DNA from: Camelus ferus
Taxonomy: Eukaryota
DNA length: 64,000 bases
Direction of reading: 5' to 3'
NCBI RefSeq assembly: GCF_009834535.1
Contig: NC_045697.1
Coordinates: 27,158,001-27,222,000, forward strand
The position numbers were made by a program, and so were the translations under genes. This document shows positions 1 through 14,160 of the stretch, piece by piece (the first letter of the stretch is position 1; every line of letters begins with the position of its first letter). Below the pieces are notes generated by a model. It did not search any database and had not been told where the DNA came from. It saw only the letters and a program-made list of their open reading frames with translations.

Positions 1-1019
1 TTTTTTGGAAGTAAGATATGTTTAGTTCCTTGATTTGGTAATGGTATCATGGGTGTTTGCATATGTCCAAACTCATCAAAATGTTTACATTAAATATGCA
101 AAATTATTTGTGTATCAATTATACCTTAATAAAAATTTTTTAAAGATTAATTAACTAATAATTAAATAAAGTATTTGAACTTGATATAAAGAAGAAATGA
201 GAAGATTCTCAAGAAAATTGATCAGTTTCGAGAGCGATGATTTCATAAGCTACATTAATCAGCATGAACTGGAGGCAATAGCTGAGATATTCATAGTTTG
301 GATGTTTTATTAAAAATTCAGTAGGAGTAATTTCCTTCAGGTTGAATTAGAAATTTTAATTATTCATATCACCTGCTAATAGGAAATGTTAAGTTAAAGT
401 TTTAGGTGTAGGAACGCAATTTAAATAACTCAAACCACATTCATTAATCCTTAGCGTACATTTGATGGATATTTTTTTCAAAATAATATATGTGTAAATC
501 TGGCCCTAAAGTTTAAAAGTATTTCACATACATCGTTTGTTGAGCAAAATAGTTCTATGAGGGAGGTAGCTAAATCAGAAATTACCTCTGTTTAGAGAAA
601 CAAAACCAAAAGCCTTTAGCAGCCAAGTTACTGTGAGTCATAAGGCTGTTTAATCTCAAACCTGGAACCTGAATCCTGTTCAGAAGGGTTGTCAGTCTCT
701 CTTTTATAGATGTGGCACTGTGAGGGAAATGTGTAAATGTGTAAAACTCAACTGAATCCTTAGAAATATGCTAACTCTTGAAAGAAATCTAGGGTTGGAG
801 TCACCAGTGGAAAGGACAGAAAACGTGGGAAGGAGGGGGAGAACGCACCTGGCGCACCATTGTTGTACCTTTCTCCATCTCATCGCTATTTGTTTCCCGC
901 TTCCTCACAGCCTGTGAGCAGCACTTTAACAAACTATCGCAGGCCTGTTTTGGGGATCTGAAATTAATTATTGATTTTCCTTTCTAACTTCCCTGTTAAA
1001 TCATAAGCTGGCATTCTCA

Positions 1020-1205
1020 CAGTCTGGTTCATGGGCCACCTGCATCAGAATCTCCTGGGGCTCCTGGGGAGTTTGTTACATCTATAGAGTCCGTTGCCCA
1101 AACCCAGATCTATCACACCGGATGTCCCTGGTGGGGCGCAGGAGTCTGCATGTTTAACATGCCTTCCACCTGATTCTTCAGGCCACTCAAGTTGAGGAGC
1201 ACTCT
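1020..1205. mobile_element. MER5A-like hAT DNA transposon remnant (similar at 6635-6810 and 7110-7270)
   Basis: gcatcagaatc(t)cctgggg..tctgcatgtttaaca..ctgattct..caagttga. Confidence 0.6.
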
Positions 1206-3330
1206 TGCAGTCTCCTCTGTGTGCCACTCGTTTGTTTGCCTTTAAAAACCATTTATCTTTCTTTTCACAACATCTGTATTTCCCAGTGCTTTGCCCTTAG
1301 TAGGCTGAGAATGGGCATGTGAATGAATAAGTCTTACATTTGCACTTGTGAATTTTCATTTGTAAATTTCAGTCATTTACACCATCTTGGTCAATTCTTG
1401 TATCACTTCTTTGAGGTAGGTGGGAGGGCAGGAATTACTGTCCTTGTTTCACAGAGACCAAAATAGATCCAAGATGATGGATAGTCTTTTTTTTTTTTTT
1501 CTTTAGTATTTTAGAGCTTGTAAAGAGCTGGCATTTAAATCAAGATCTTCTCACTCAGAGGTTGAGATACTTTGATTCACATCTGGTGATCCTGGGCAAT
1601 TTATACTGTGCATTCGTCTGAAGATCTAAAATGTTTTATTCTGAGTGTCTTATTCATCTTCATAATATAAATATGCATTTTTATATACATTCTTAATGAG
1701 CCACCAAGACAACATCAAACAATTCATTTTCTTTGCAACCAATCACCAGTGTCACACTGAGTGAAAACCCTGTCACTGATATGAAATATGACCTAGAAGC
1801 TCAGCATTTCAGTACGAGTCAACACAAATTCTGCTAAGTGCTAGGTGTTGTGTTAAATACTGGGGACACAACAACAAAATGAACACGAGCAACTCCTGCT
1901 TTTAAATGGATGGAAATTTCTGGGTGTGTCTAAGAACAGAGCCCTAATAAGTCAGAATGCCAAGGTCCGAGTAACATGCCAGAGTCGTCAAAATGGGAGA
2001 TTTTAGAGATTTACTTTTGGAGGGTTTTGCAGGGTTGGCAGTGCTTGTATCTGGATGTTACCTGGGTGAAGGACTACAATATACTCATAATTTCCAACCA
2101 TGGCTTTACAATAGAGATAATTATTAATGTGCTTCAAATGTTTAAGCCTTGAAAATATACATCTAACTTTAGAGGCAGATGTTGTTTAGAATTGGGTTTT
2201 TAAAACTTACTTTATAGAAACATTTTGATAGATGATTTCCCTGTTGCCAAAGAAACCACACAGGAAGTCACAGACAGATGGCAGTAACAGGAGCTCTAGG
2301 GAGCACGTAATGATATTCATGTGGCATATGGTGTGGGGCTCGTAAAAGTGGTTCTAACGTCCAGAAATGAATTAACCAGCAGTCACAGAGGAATTAAATC
2401 TTCTTTCGTGACCTTTATTGCAGCACAGGACTCCATTTCAAATCAGCACACAATGCAGCATGAGTAAGAGTGATCAGGAGTTAGGAAGGAAAAATGCAAA
2501 GTTAAACCAAAATGAAATGCAAATCAAGCCATCTGCAACAGAACCATAAAGCTTCAGTGGGCCAGCAGAGCTAGTGCCTAGCGCCAACTAAGTATTCATT
2601 TGAGGTGTCGAGATTTTATAGGAACAGAGTTGGAATTTGAACATGGGAGCAATATTTCAAGTTAGGGGTGAGCACACTACTGCCTATTTTGGTACTACCA
2701 CCTGCAAGCTAAGAAGAGATTTTACATTTTTAAAGAGCTGGAGAAAAATCAAAAGAACAATAATATTTCATGACACATAAAAATTATATGACGTCCAAAG
2801 TTTTACTGGTGCCTCCAAGAGACTTGCAAACTTTCCAATCATTTTCCTGGACCACAGCCATACTCCTTTTCTAGGTATTGGCCACGGCTGCTTTGTGCTT
2901 CAGTAGCAGGGTTGAGTAGTGGTGACAGAGACAGTCTGGCCTGCAAAGCCTACAATATTTACTAGCTGCCCTTTACAGAAAAACATATGCACCTCTCTTC
3001 CAGCTTGACATCAACAATGTAAAAGTGAGAAACGGAGGCCTGCTACGTGGAGGTTTTGCCACAGGAATAACTTCTTCGGCACTAAGGATTGTGTACTCAG
3101 ACCAGGGATTTGTTGTCTTCACCTGAGTAGGATTCCAGAGCCCATGTGGTTGCTTAACTCTTGTGTAACTGTCCTCTCTGGTAGGTTGTAAGCTCAGTCC
3201 AGGCGGGGCGGGGTCTGCCGTGTTCACCCTGGTATCCTGGTGCTCACATAGGATTGTTGAGTGAAATGATCACCTTCAGAATCCTCTTTACTACCTCCAG
3301 TGTGATTTTCCTAACATTAAAAATGGTTTT

Positions 3331-4085
3331 ATCCATGTCTTGGCTATTATAAATAGTGCTGCTATGAACATTGGGGTGCATGTGTATTTTTGAATTAAGG
3401 TTCCCTCTGGTTATATGCCCAGGAGTGGGATTGTTGGATCATATAATAAGTCTAGTTTTAGTCTTTTGAGGAATCTCCATACTGTTTTCCATAATGGCTG
3501 CACCAAACTACGTTTCCACCAACAGTGTAGGAGGGTTCCCTTTTCTCCACACTCTCTCCAGCATTTATCATTTGTGGACTTTTTAGTGATGGTCATTCTG
3601 ACTGGTGTGAGGTGATACCTCATTGTAGTTTTGATTTGCCTAAATGTCCATCAACAGATGACTGGATAAAGAAGTTGTGGCATATTTATACAATGGAATA
3701 CTACTCAGCCATAACAAATAAAATAATGCCATTTGTAGCAACATGAATGGAACTGGAGATTGTCATTCTAAGTGAAGTAAGCCAGAAAGAGAAAGAAAAA
3801 TAGCATGTGATATCACTCATATATGGAATCTTAAAAAAAAAAAAGACAAATGAACTTATTTACAACCTATTTACTTATTACAAATGAACAGAAACACTCA
3901 CAGACATAGAAAAATAACTTATGGTTAGCAGAGGGGGAAGTGGGTAGGAAGGGATAAACTGGGAGTTTGAGATTTGCAGATACTAACTAATATATATAAA
4001 ATAGATAAACAAGTTCATACTACATAGCACATGGAACTATATTCAATATCTTGTAGTAACATGGTAAAAAACAATATGAAAATGT
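3331..4085. mobile_element. 5'-truncated, 5'-inverted L1 (twin-priming structure)
   Basis: 3331-3639 is the L1 ORF2 end on the - strand ([18 protein letters not shown]). 3640-4085 is the adjacent L1 3' sequence on the + strand. Confidence 0.85.
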
Positions 4086-4454
4086 TTAAATTTTCCTCTT
4101 ACTCAATCCCCCAACCATCCAATTTGTCCTCCCAAATAAATACTGCTATTAGTTTCTTGGGTCTCCTTCCAGAAGAATTCTATGCAGAAATAAACACACG
4201 TATAGTTTTTATTTTTACCAATGTTAGCATATTGTACATGCTGTTCTGTACCTTGTTTTTTTTTATTTAGAGCACATTTTGAAGCTTGTTTTATTCTAAA
4301 ATATAGGATGTCTATCAAGTCTAGAAACACAAGAATTATGTGTTTAAAATGATAGCTTATTGATATATAATACATGATAAAATAACATGTCTGTTTCCAG
4401 ATTTTATACCAGGAAGTATATATACTGGGATAAAAGTCTTCAATGCCTTTCAGG

Positions 4455-4590
4455 TTTTTTTTTGTTTTTATTTTTGGTAGGGGAGGTAATTAGGTTTATT
4501 TCATTTTTAGAGGAGGTACTGGGGATTGAACCCAGGACCTTCTGTCTGCTAAGCATGTGCTCTACCACTTAAGCTATACCCTCCCCCCTA
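4455..4590 (-). mobile_element. tRNA-derived SINE (camelid vic-1-like)
   Basis: Reverse strand ggggagggtatagcttaagtggtagagc (A box) ... gggttcaatcccc (B box), with A-rich tail. Confidence 0.8.
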
Positions 4591-5218
4591 TATACCTTTT
4601 AAAATTCTTCAATAAGCTCCTCCTTTCTCTGTTGGTTGGTGAGCCTCCTGGACCTTGTTGCCTCCCCACTTTGGAACCTGGATAAAACACCACCTTGCAA
4701 GGCATAGGTCCCTGCTTCCTGTGTACTGCTGAGGCCATATGACATCACAATGCTACATAATTATTATTTTTACTCTTAAAAAAAAGCTAAACACCTTTAG
4801 GCACTTTCCCTCAGGGACTCATTTTCTGCCACTCTGATCTTTAAATTTTCACGAGCCCTCAGTATTGAACTTCTTGTAATTCCCAAAGCTCTCTTAAACC
4901 TGCTTGCCTGTTTACACACTGTTCTCTCTCCCTGGAATGCCCTCCCACAGACCATCTGCCTGGATAACGCCTATTTGCCCTGTAGCTAGTGCTTGTGTCA
5001 AAATTGTATCCTTCATGAATCTTGCTCTAATCCCTTTCTAGCTCAGAATTTCTTTTTCCATGATCTACCTTTTTGCTGAATATGTGACCATTAGAGCAGC
5101 TATCATGTTAAATATCAATCATCTGTTGGCATTTCTTTCTCCCCTGCTCTGTAGAAAGAAAGGGGACAAGAATCATTACTTACTTTTGTAATCTAAGACT
5201 ATGAATAGTCAACACAGA

Positions 5219-5830
5219 GGGAACTCTAATTCAAAAAGATATATGCACCCCAGTGTTCACAGCAGCACTGTAGACAATAGCCAAGGCATGGAAACACCCT
5301 AAATGTCCACCGACAGAAGACTGGATAAAGATGCTGTGGTATATTTATATGATGGAATACTACTCTGCCATACAAAGAATAAAATAATGCTATTTGCAGC
5401 AACATGGATGGACCTGGAGATTGTCATTCTAAGCGAAGTAAGCCAGAAAGAGAAAGGAAAATACTATCTGATATCACTCATATGTGGAATCCAAAAAAAG
5501 AAAGAAGAAGACACTAATGAATTCATCTACAAAACAGAAACAGACTCTCAGACAAAGTGATAATTTTATGGTTACCTGGGGAAAAGGGAGTGGGAAGTGA
5601 TAAATTTGGGAGTTCAAAATTTGCAAATATTAACTATTATATATAAAAATAGATTAAAAAAAATTTCTGTATAACACAGGGCACTATATTCAGTATCTTG
5701 TAATAACCTTTATGAAGATGAATATATGTGTGTATATGCATGACTGGGACATTATGCTGTACACCAGAGATTAACACATTCTAACTGACTATACTTCAAT
5801 GAAAAAAATATATATATATAAAGAAGAAAA
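5219..5830 (+). mobile_element. L1 3' end fragment
   Basis: ORF2 terminus FAATWMDLEIVILSEVSQKEK plus 3'UTR and A-rich tail. Confidence 0.9.
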
Positions 5831-8293
5831 AAGGAATACAGGTAAAATGCATTTCTGATGTGGTGCCAGCAGCCTCAGCCAGAGCTGCTGTAATAGGCAT
5901 AGCTAGAGCTCCTTTCATTGCAAAACTGGGAAGTCTGTGCTTTCCTAAGTCTTGTTTCTTCTCTGCTTCCTCCTTTCAGTCTTTTCATGGCTTGCTTGTT
6001 GCAGACTGTTTGTTGGCTGCCCAATAAGCAGTCACCCCACTTCTTTGTGGCTAGCAGAACATCAACCAGTGGAAATCTATTCATCTCAGGGAGGGAGGCA
6101 TCTATTCCAGGCACAGTTGATTAAACGTGTTTGAGCTAAACCATTATGCTGTTCTGTTTCTTTCTGAGAGAGTTGGATTAGAGGTGGACCTGTGAGCATT
6201 TCTAGACAAAGAGATGTAGGGGAAGTTGGTTGAGAGAGTCTGTATCTCAGATAAATGGCAGAACCTCAGGGGAATAAAGTGTTTATACACCACCCCCACC
6301 TTCATTCTACCTTGGGAAACTGATGTGAATTCAAAATACCTGAAGCTGCAGCAGCCATCTTGTGACCAGGAGGTAACGAAAACAAGAATGAGAAGCCAAG
6401 AACTGAGAATGTCCTTCTTTGGGCAGAACAGGGGTCCCTGATGACATCACGGAACCTCAGAACACACTGTTAAATAAAATTAAGTGTTCTTTGCGTTTAG
6501 CTACCATTAACTGGTTTCGCTGCTAATTTTAGACAAAAACATTTCCAACTGATATATTTGCCTTCCTGAGTCTACATTCTTTCAAGCAAAACACAGCTGC
6601 CTCTTCAGAAAATAGTCTCTGGAGCAATGTCCAAAACTTAGCTGGACATTGGTAATTACCTGGCATCTTTAAAATATTCTGGTGCCTGTTTCCCATACCC
6701 AGACATTCCCATTTAATTGGTAGAGAGTGTAACCTGGTCATTAGAAGTGATAAAAATCTCCCCAAGTGATCTAACGTGTTGCCAAAGTTTGGCAACCACC
6801 ATTCTGGAGGAAGGTGTATGGTTTCTTGATGTTACACGATGACATATAATTATTTTTCCTTTTTAAAGTACAGTTGACCTTTGAAGAAGACAGTTGGAAT
6901 TACATGGATCCACTTACACACGGGATTTTTTTCAACAGTCAAATACTACAGTAGCACACAATCCAGGGCTGATTGAATTCTTGGCTATGGAGGGACTGTG
7001 GATAAGGAAGGCCAACTATAAATTAGACTCTGATTTTTGACTGAGAGAAGGTTGACATCTCTAACCTCCACATTTTTCAAAGTTCAACTGTCACTGTTTT
7101 TTCGATGGTTCCCACTGTGTTGTCCAATAGAACCACCTGGAAGGCTTTTAGAATATATGTAAGCTTGGCCTCTCCCTCACAGAGTCTGATCCAAATGGCC
7201 TCGAATAGGACCAGGACATGGTCTGAAACTCCCCAGATGATTCAAATGTATAATCAAGGCTGAAACCTCTGTATCAGGAGGACACACCGGAGTGCTTGCC
7301 TGCTGGCAGCCTAGCCGTCCTGTGAATCTGAAGGCTCTAGGTGGTGGAAAGTGGAGGAGGTTTTCACAGCAAAGCTGATTCCTCCACCGCCCGGCGCGGG
7401 TGTTTAAGGGTAGATGTTTCCAGCTGTCTCTGACAGGAAATGTTTACACATATTTGTAGAACTTCTCTATCAGCATTGAGCAAGATCATGCTGTTTTTGA
7501 AGAACAGCCAAATGAACACTTGTAACCTAGGATTCATAAAAAATACAGAAAAACTTCATTGAAGGTGTTCTAGAAATAGTGCTATGAAGCCGTCGTGAGG
7601 AGCTCTGACCTGTGCAGGACGGACTTAACCATTCAGGGGAAGACTGCTGCCCGTAAGGGCGTGCGCGGGGTGCTAAGGTCTCTCCCATTGGCTTCTAATT
7701 GCAAGAGGGGGAAGATAGTATTTCAGTGGAAAGTTCTAGCAGTTACCACCTTGGCCTAGTGGTCACATTTAGTGTCAGTCATAGTAGGACACCCTGACAT
7801 TATGTGACTCCTGATGGAGCAGTCTGACGTGCAAAGGGTCACCTGTGCAGTATTCATGCCAGAGATGTGTGGCCCGAATCTCATGAAGCCTCTGGATATA
7901 CCTCCCAGCTGCAGGAAAGACCTGGGAGACAGCAACGAGGTCAATGGCACCAGGAGAAAACAAGCAGGTGAACTAGACTGTGGAATCTTCTGCAAGACTG
8001 CTGCCTGGTCTCTTCAAAGGGACAATTTTTTTTTTAAGTGAACAATTCTTTTAGCATAAAGCAGAACAAAAAGATGTAACAACCAATTAATTATCCACAT
8101 CTGAAAATTATTTTCAAATGATTTAGCAAAATTTAATATATATATGGATATGTATGTATGTATGTATATATATACATATATACTTCCATACATATAAAAA
8201 CACACTCATACAAACAAAATGTTAACAAATGTTGAATAAAGGTGGGGGGTACACATTGTACTCTCAACTTTTTTGAATATTTTCAATGATTTC

Positions 8294-8753
8294 TGTTGGG
8301 CTGCACCTCGCAGGCCTACAAAGCCTGTACTGGCCCACCTTCAAGACGGAAGAAAGAGCCCAGAGTCAGTGACAGAGACATCAGGGGGTTAATGGATAGG
8401 GGGGCTTACATGTCTGAAGCCAGGTCTTGGAGCGACTCCCCACCGAGTGTGGCAGACACTGGGCAGGACATGGCAGCGGGCTTTGCTCCCAGGGGGCAGG
8501 GGGAGCTTAGCAGTTATAGGGGAATTGACGTCAGGTTGGTCATTTGTTACCAGGGAAACCAGCAGAGGGGCACGCCCCTCCCCACCCCTTTGGTAAGAAC
8601 GATCACTAGCCAGGGCAGAGGCAAGAATGTAAGAAGGTCAGTCCTGTGAGCAGGGTGTGGGTGTAGGAGAAGCAGGCACTGGTCAAGCAGGGGGTGTCCA
8701 GAGAGCAAGAGAACAGCCACCTTGAATGGCTTGACCATGCAGTTTCCATAACA
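8294..8753 (-). mobile_element. Probable ERV solo LTR
   Basis: TG...CA ends (tgttggg...cataaca), about 460 bp GC-rich block in AT-rich flanks. No clear TSD. Confidence 0.5.
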
Positions 8754-11379
8754 TGTGGGGAAATATCTCTATTCCTAATCTTTCCATGCTGGAAAATGCC
8801 TCCTCCAGATTTGATCGCTAGAAGTGTTAGAGGTGGAAGTCATTCCTGCAACTTTTTCTCAGCATTTCTTCGGTTAGACTCCTGGAAGTATTCACCCAAG
8901 TGCAGGCCAATGAACTGTTTCTTTCTCCTCCTCCACTTTCTGTTTCTGGAGTGAGATAGGTTTCCTCAGGCTCGACTGAAGAGCTGGTTCACCTTCCCGA
9001 CATCAGCTAGTCACCAGAGTCCAGAATACAAATACCGTGGTGCTTTGCCTCTGTTGGATACATGCTTAAAAGAAAGATAATAAGGTGTGAGCATAATGTG
9101 ACGTGATTAGTTTGTTTTGAAACAGCACATGGTAATTTATGTATTCAAATGCTCTCTTCAAAAGCATACCTTGCATAAACCGGTTTCAACATATGCCTTT
9201 TAAGATCATCTTCAAGGCTCACATTACATTCTCCTCAAAGGTCACATATCTGTGTCCTTTAAGGAGTGGATTTGTGTGAATAGCTAAATATCACTGAGGG
9301 TCACAAGTAGCAAACAAATTAATTAAGCAAGTGAAGTAATGCCCTTCTGGCCACTCAGTGAGATTATACAACAGTGATATTTATTTTCTGAAATAATAAT
9401 TCTTTTTAAAGGCAGTTCAGAAATGTTTAAGGTAATGTTAGCATCCTCTGAAAAACATTACAAGTTAAGCTTTTTGGATGCTCCCTTGAAAGTGTAAGTT
9501 TAATCTTGACTCTGAGATCACAGGCCAAGAAATCTTTCCAGACCTCAGTTTTCCCATCTGTAAAACAGGGATAACAATGCCTACCTCAAAGGATCATAAG
9601 GCCTAAATGAGTTGATACATGCAAAGCATTCAAAACAATGCCTGGCAACTAGTAAATTTCAACAAATGTTGTCTACTATTACAAGTACTGTCACTACTAT
9701 GTCTCAAATATTCAGTCATATTACTTTCCAGTTATGTTTACTTATACGACCTGTAGTAAGATGGTCCTTTCAGTTGCAAATGAGAGAAACCCAACTTAAA
9801 ATAGTTTCAGTTAAAAAAAAAAAACAGAAATAAGAGGATCATCTACTTGGGAAGTTCAAGTGCCAATGGTAGCTTCAGGTATGGCTAGATCCAGGATGAA
9901 ACGATGATGTTAAGGTTCTGTTATTCCTCTCCACCTCTCAGCTCTGCTTCCTTTTTGGCGATGAGTTGTAGCAGCCTCTCTCCATTAGGGAGAAAAGTAG
10001 CTCACTGGTAGCTAGACAACAACCCAAGCCTTGGGCACTACTGCTCACAGTCTCAGAGAAAGAGACCCTCTCTCCTCCAGCAGGTAGTCATCATTCAAAT
10101 GTGGACCCAAGTGGCCACACTTGATCCCTGCCCACCTTTGTGCAAACTGCTGTGCTTATCTGGAGCAACAAGATTGGCTGGATCCCAAAGTCATCCCTGG
10201 TTACTCCAGGCCCCTATGGAGTGGTGTGGAATAATTACCAAAGGAAGTCCTTGGGGACAAAGCCAAGTCTGCTCTCTCAGAAGTGAACAGCCAGCTTCAG
10301 GTAGTTCTACCTCCGTTTATTTATCACCTGATAGTTGTTTTTTGACCACTGACTACATGGCAGGAACTATACTGGGGTTATACATGAAAGCAAAATGTAA
10401 CAACAACTAAACTTGATTGAATGGTTGATACGTACCAGATCCTAGGTTTTGTATTCCAGATGTATTATCTTATTTAATGTCCCTACTAACCCCATGAGGT
10501 AAGCACTACTATTATCCCCAGGTGAGAAAGAGGCTCAGAGGATTTAGTAACCTTCCCAAAGCCACATCCTTTGGTAAAACAGAGTTAAGAAATCCATGTA
10601 GATCTGACCGGTACGCGTGCTGGAATCGATGGTTTCCTGATGTCCAATCATTCAATGGTGTGTGCTCAGCATGTGCTTCATGAGCTGGGATTTCAACATG
10701 TGCTAGAATATGCAGCACTTGGGGCCAACTGGCAAGTCTGAAACCCATAGCAACAATTTAATTCATGGCAACAATGAATAGTGTGCCAAAGAAGAAGGGA
10801 GGTAAAGACAGGACTGGACTTGCTCTGTAAGAGGCAGTTGCCTCTGGGGGTGACTAGGGGAGGCATGGTGAGATTCTGCTCCGTGTGATCAGTCTTACTG
10901 TGCTTAATGGAAATGCTTAAACATAACTATATCTCTGGTAAAGAACTACATCTTTGGTAAAATGTGGGAGAAGGTAAAAAAGGATTTTGATAGACGACTA
11001 AAATCCATGACAGTGAGGAATTGCCCCAACAAAATCTTATCTCACTTCCTCTCATGTAAGAGTTTCGGTTCTGCCACAGGACCTCCAGCTAGAGACTACA
11101 TTCCCCAGCATCCTTTGTGACTCAGTATGGCCCTGTGACCATGATGTCATCAACACGAGGGGACTGAGCCATATCCACCTCCTTTGTTTGGAGGAAATTT
11201 GTGTCCTGGACTATTTCTGTTCCCCTTCCTAGAAGCTGGATCTTCTCTCGACTCAGCTTTGACCGTACAGAAGAGCGCTGTTTTATTATGAGTATTAATT
11301 TAGAAATGCATGCCCCTCCCTAAGATAGGACCTAGAAGTTCAAAATGTCAACGAGTAGCCAATATAAAAAAGCTTCTGA

Positions 11380-11407
11380 TCACACACACACACACACACA
11401 CACACAC
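11380..11407. repeat. (CA)n microsatellite
   Basis: Uninterrupted CA run. Confidence 0.95.
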
Positions 11408-12857
11408 CTGTGGTTAAAGCAAGATTTACATGTATTTCCTTCAATAGGCAAGCAGGGAGAGAGCTGGTGGGGAAGAGGGTGAGGGGTGGGCACACACAAC
11501 CTTATTAGTCCGGGCAGTCTTTCTCTGCCTCCTTCCTGTTAACCCCCAGGCCGCATGTCAGTGACCCCTGCTAGCAAGATGTCTTTCTCTTATCTACAGG
11601 GAGAGGTTGGGATCTCCTCCAAACTGCGTGCCACAGTCTGCAAAACCCAGCTTAGTATTCCCAGAGAGGTGCACGAGATGGATGCTGGATGTTCTGTGAC
11701 GGTAGGGCAGGCTGGGCTGGAGCTACAGGAGTATTGGCTTAGATGCTCATCGGTGCCTCCACTGCCTTTCTCTCCAATGCAAACAACTTGTTCATACTGC
11801 TTGCTTTTCGTGTATAAACATGTTTTCCTTTGTTTTTTAAACTTATCTCAAAAACAACATATGCAATGACAAATTTCATGAAAATGTTTTTATGACATCT
11901 CTTAAGTTCAGCCTGTTTACAGATTGTCAAAGTAGGGTGTAAACACTCTGTCAAAACAGGTTCCCTTGCGTGGAAAGGGGGAGTGAGGCGTCCTCTAAAT
12001 ACTTGTACAAACCACACACATCACAGGGACAGAGTCTACCGGACGGAGAAACAACAGCTGGCCCGAAAGCCATGTGTAGCCAAGCCGTCCCGCCAGCCCA
12101 GACTGCCTGGACTGAGACTGGAAAGAGCAAAGGCTTCTTTCTTTCTGAAGCCCTTGCATTTCTGGATTTCTGTGTTATAGCTGCTTGGCCTTTATCCTGG
12201 CAAATACATGGAGGATAAGGAGGCAATCAGTGTTTACTGAATAAGTGAGTGAAAGCATGAGTGAAGACGTATTTCTTCATACGTCTCCAACAACGCGGCA
12301 TCCCATACTGTTTTGTCTTACCTGTTTCTGGGACAGCGTGTCTCCAAAGACAGCTCCAAGCTGAAGAAGGTCACAGAGTCACACCATACCAGGGCAGGAG
12401 TGCCAGCTGCAGAGGAGAGACAGAGCCACCTCAGCCTCGTGCACCTGCAGGCGGCTGCTGAGACGCCGGGGCAGGAACTCTGGCCTCCAGATGCACCTGA
12501 TGCACCAGCTCCGGGGAATAAACACCACAGGCTTGTCACAAATGCTCCAGTGTCAGAGATTTTTGAGTGAAACATTAAAGAACAGATGGCAAAATAAAGA
12601 CCCCTTACAAAGGTGAAGTCTATGCTTTGTATGCGCATTATGCTTTTTTTGTGTGCGGTCAACGTTTTCGCCACTTCCTATGGATGACGAATTCGCTCTG
12701 CAGCCCCGCTTACAGCCAATAATCAGCAGTTACTGGTGTTACCGTCACTGCCACCTCTGCCACGTAAACGTTTACTGTCAACTCTAATTCACAGAAAGTG
12801 TTGCAGAGAGCCACCAACTCAGGTCTCAGGGCAAAAAGTCTTTTCTTGACTATAGAT

Positions 12858-12939
12858 TTTTTTTTTAAGTTGAAGTATAGTTGATTGTGTCAGTTTGTGG
12901 TGTACAGCAAAGTGATACAGTTATACATACATATATATA

Positions 12940-12970
<31 letters not shown>

Positions 12971-13030
12971 TTTCTTTTTCAGATTCTTTTTCATTACAGG
13001 TTATTACAAGATACTGAATATAGTTCCCAG
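12858..13030 (-). mobile_element. L1 extreme 3' fragment with internal (TG)n/(TA)n microsatellite
   Basis: T-run followed by ttgaagtatagttgat..ggtgtacagcaaagtgat..ttattacaagatactgaatatagttccc. Confidence 0.8.
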
Positions 13031-14160
13031 GTCTGAGGCCTGGGATGGGAAGGAGAGAGAGAATGGAGGACTCTGTTTCCTGCCAGGAACTGGGTTTGCA
13101 GCACCGGTGATAACAATGCTTAATAATACTATCTCACAGTCCTAAGGTGCTTCCTTGGACCAAGAACGAGTTTAACTTGTATGTGTGTTAAGTCATTTCA
13201 TCCTCATGAGGACCTTTGCGATAAGTATAGTTATTCTCCTTTATTTATAGATAATGAACCCAAGTCACAGAGAGGTTAAGTCAGTTGCCTGAGGTCACAC
13301 AGCAGTAAGTGGTGGAGCTATGATCTAGTCCTGGAAACTAGGCTCTTACCCACTGTGCTACACTGCCAAAGCCCAGGGAGCAGGTGGGGATTAAAATGCA
13401 ACCAGTGTCTGCCTTGGCATGGGACTCTGCCTACACAGAGGAAGAGGGACTTTTTAAAATTGGCTCAAAGAAACCCTTGCTTGCTAAGGTTGCATCTGTC
13501 CAGAGGGGACACTTTTTTCGATTCTCAGGCGGTAGCCTGGCAGCACCACCTCTCACTGGTACAGGCTAAGACTCAGGGTGGCCTGATGGTGCGTGCGGCA
13601 CGTGCTGGTGAACGTGCTGGTGTGGCTACAGCCGTGATGACTTCCACTTCCACTCCTACTAATTGTGGCTTTCATGTTCTCCAGTCAGCCACTTCCCTTC
13701 ACGTGACCAACCCAGCAGAAATGAACTACAATGAGCAGGAGCTCGGAGCTGAGGGCTGGCCACCCGCCAGCACCGCTGGGTGGAAAGAGCTCGACTTTGT
13801 ACCGCCTGCTAGGCCGCCTGCCTGCCCGTGAAGCAGGAACAGGGCAGCTCTTTGGGGATGGTTGTGGACACTCGGAATAAAATCAGGGGCCACACCCAAA
13901 GTTAAAACTCCGCCATGGAAGGCTTTTGTTGTTGTTGTTCTATAAGAAAAAAATTTTTTTTGTTTAATGTTCTGACTGTTCTACTTCTGAAAATAAGTAG
14001 CAAGAAATTAAAACTTTACCAACAATGACAGGTGCACAGTGGTTCTATGTCATAGACAGGTGTGGGGTCAGGAGACTCAGTCCAGGGACAGAGCTCAGCC
14101 ACCTCCTACTACATGGACTTGGCCAATTGCCTCAGCTCTCTGGATCCTTGTGTACCCAAC

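Noticed and set aside
4500..4590. tRNA gene
   Set aside because: The A/B boxes belong to a dispersed SINE with an A-rich tail; no full cloverleaf.
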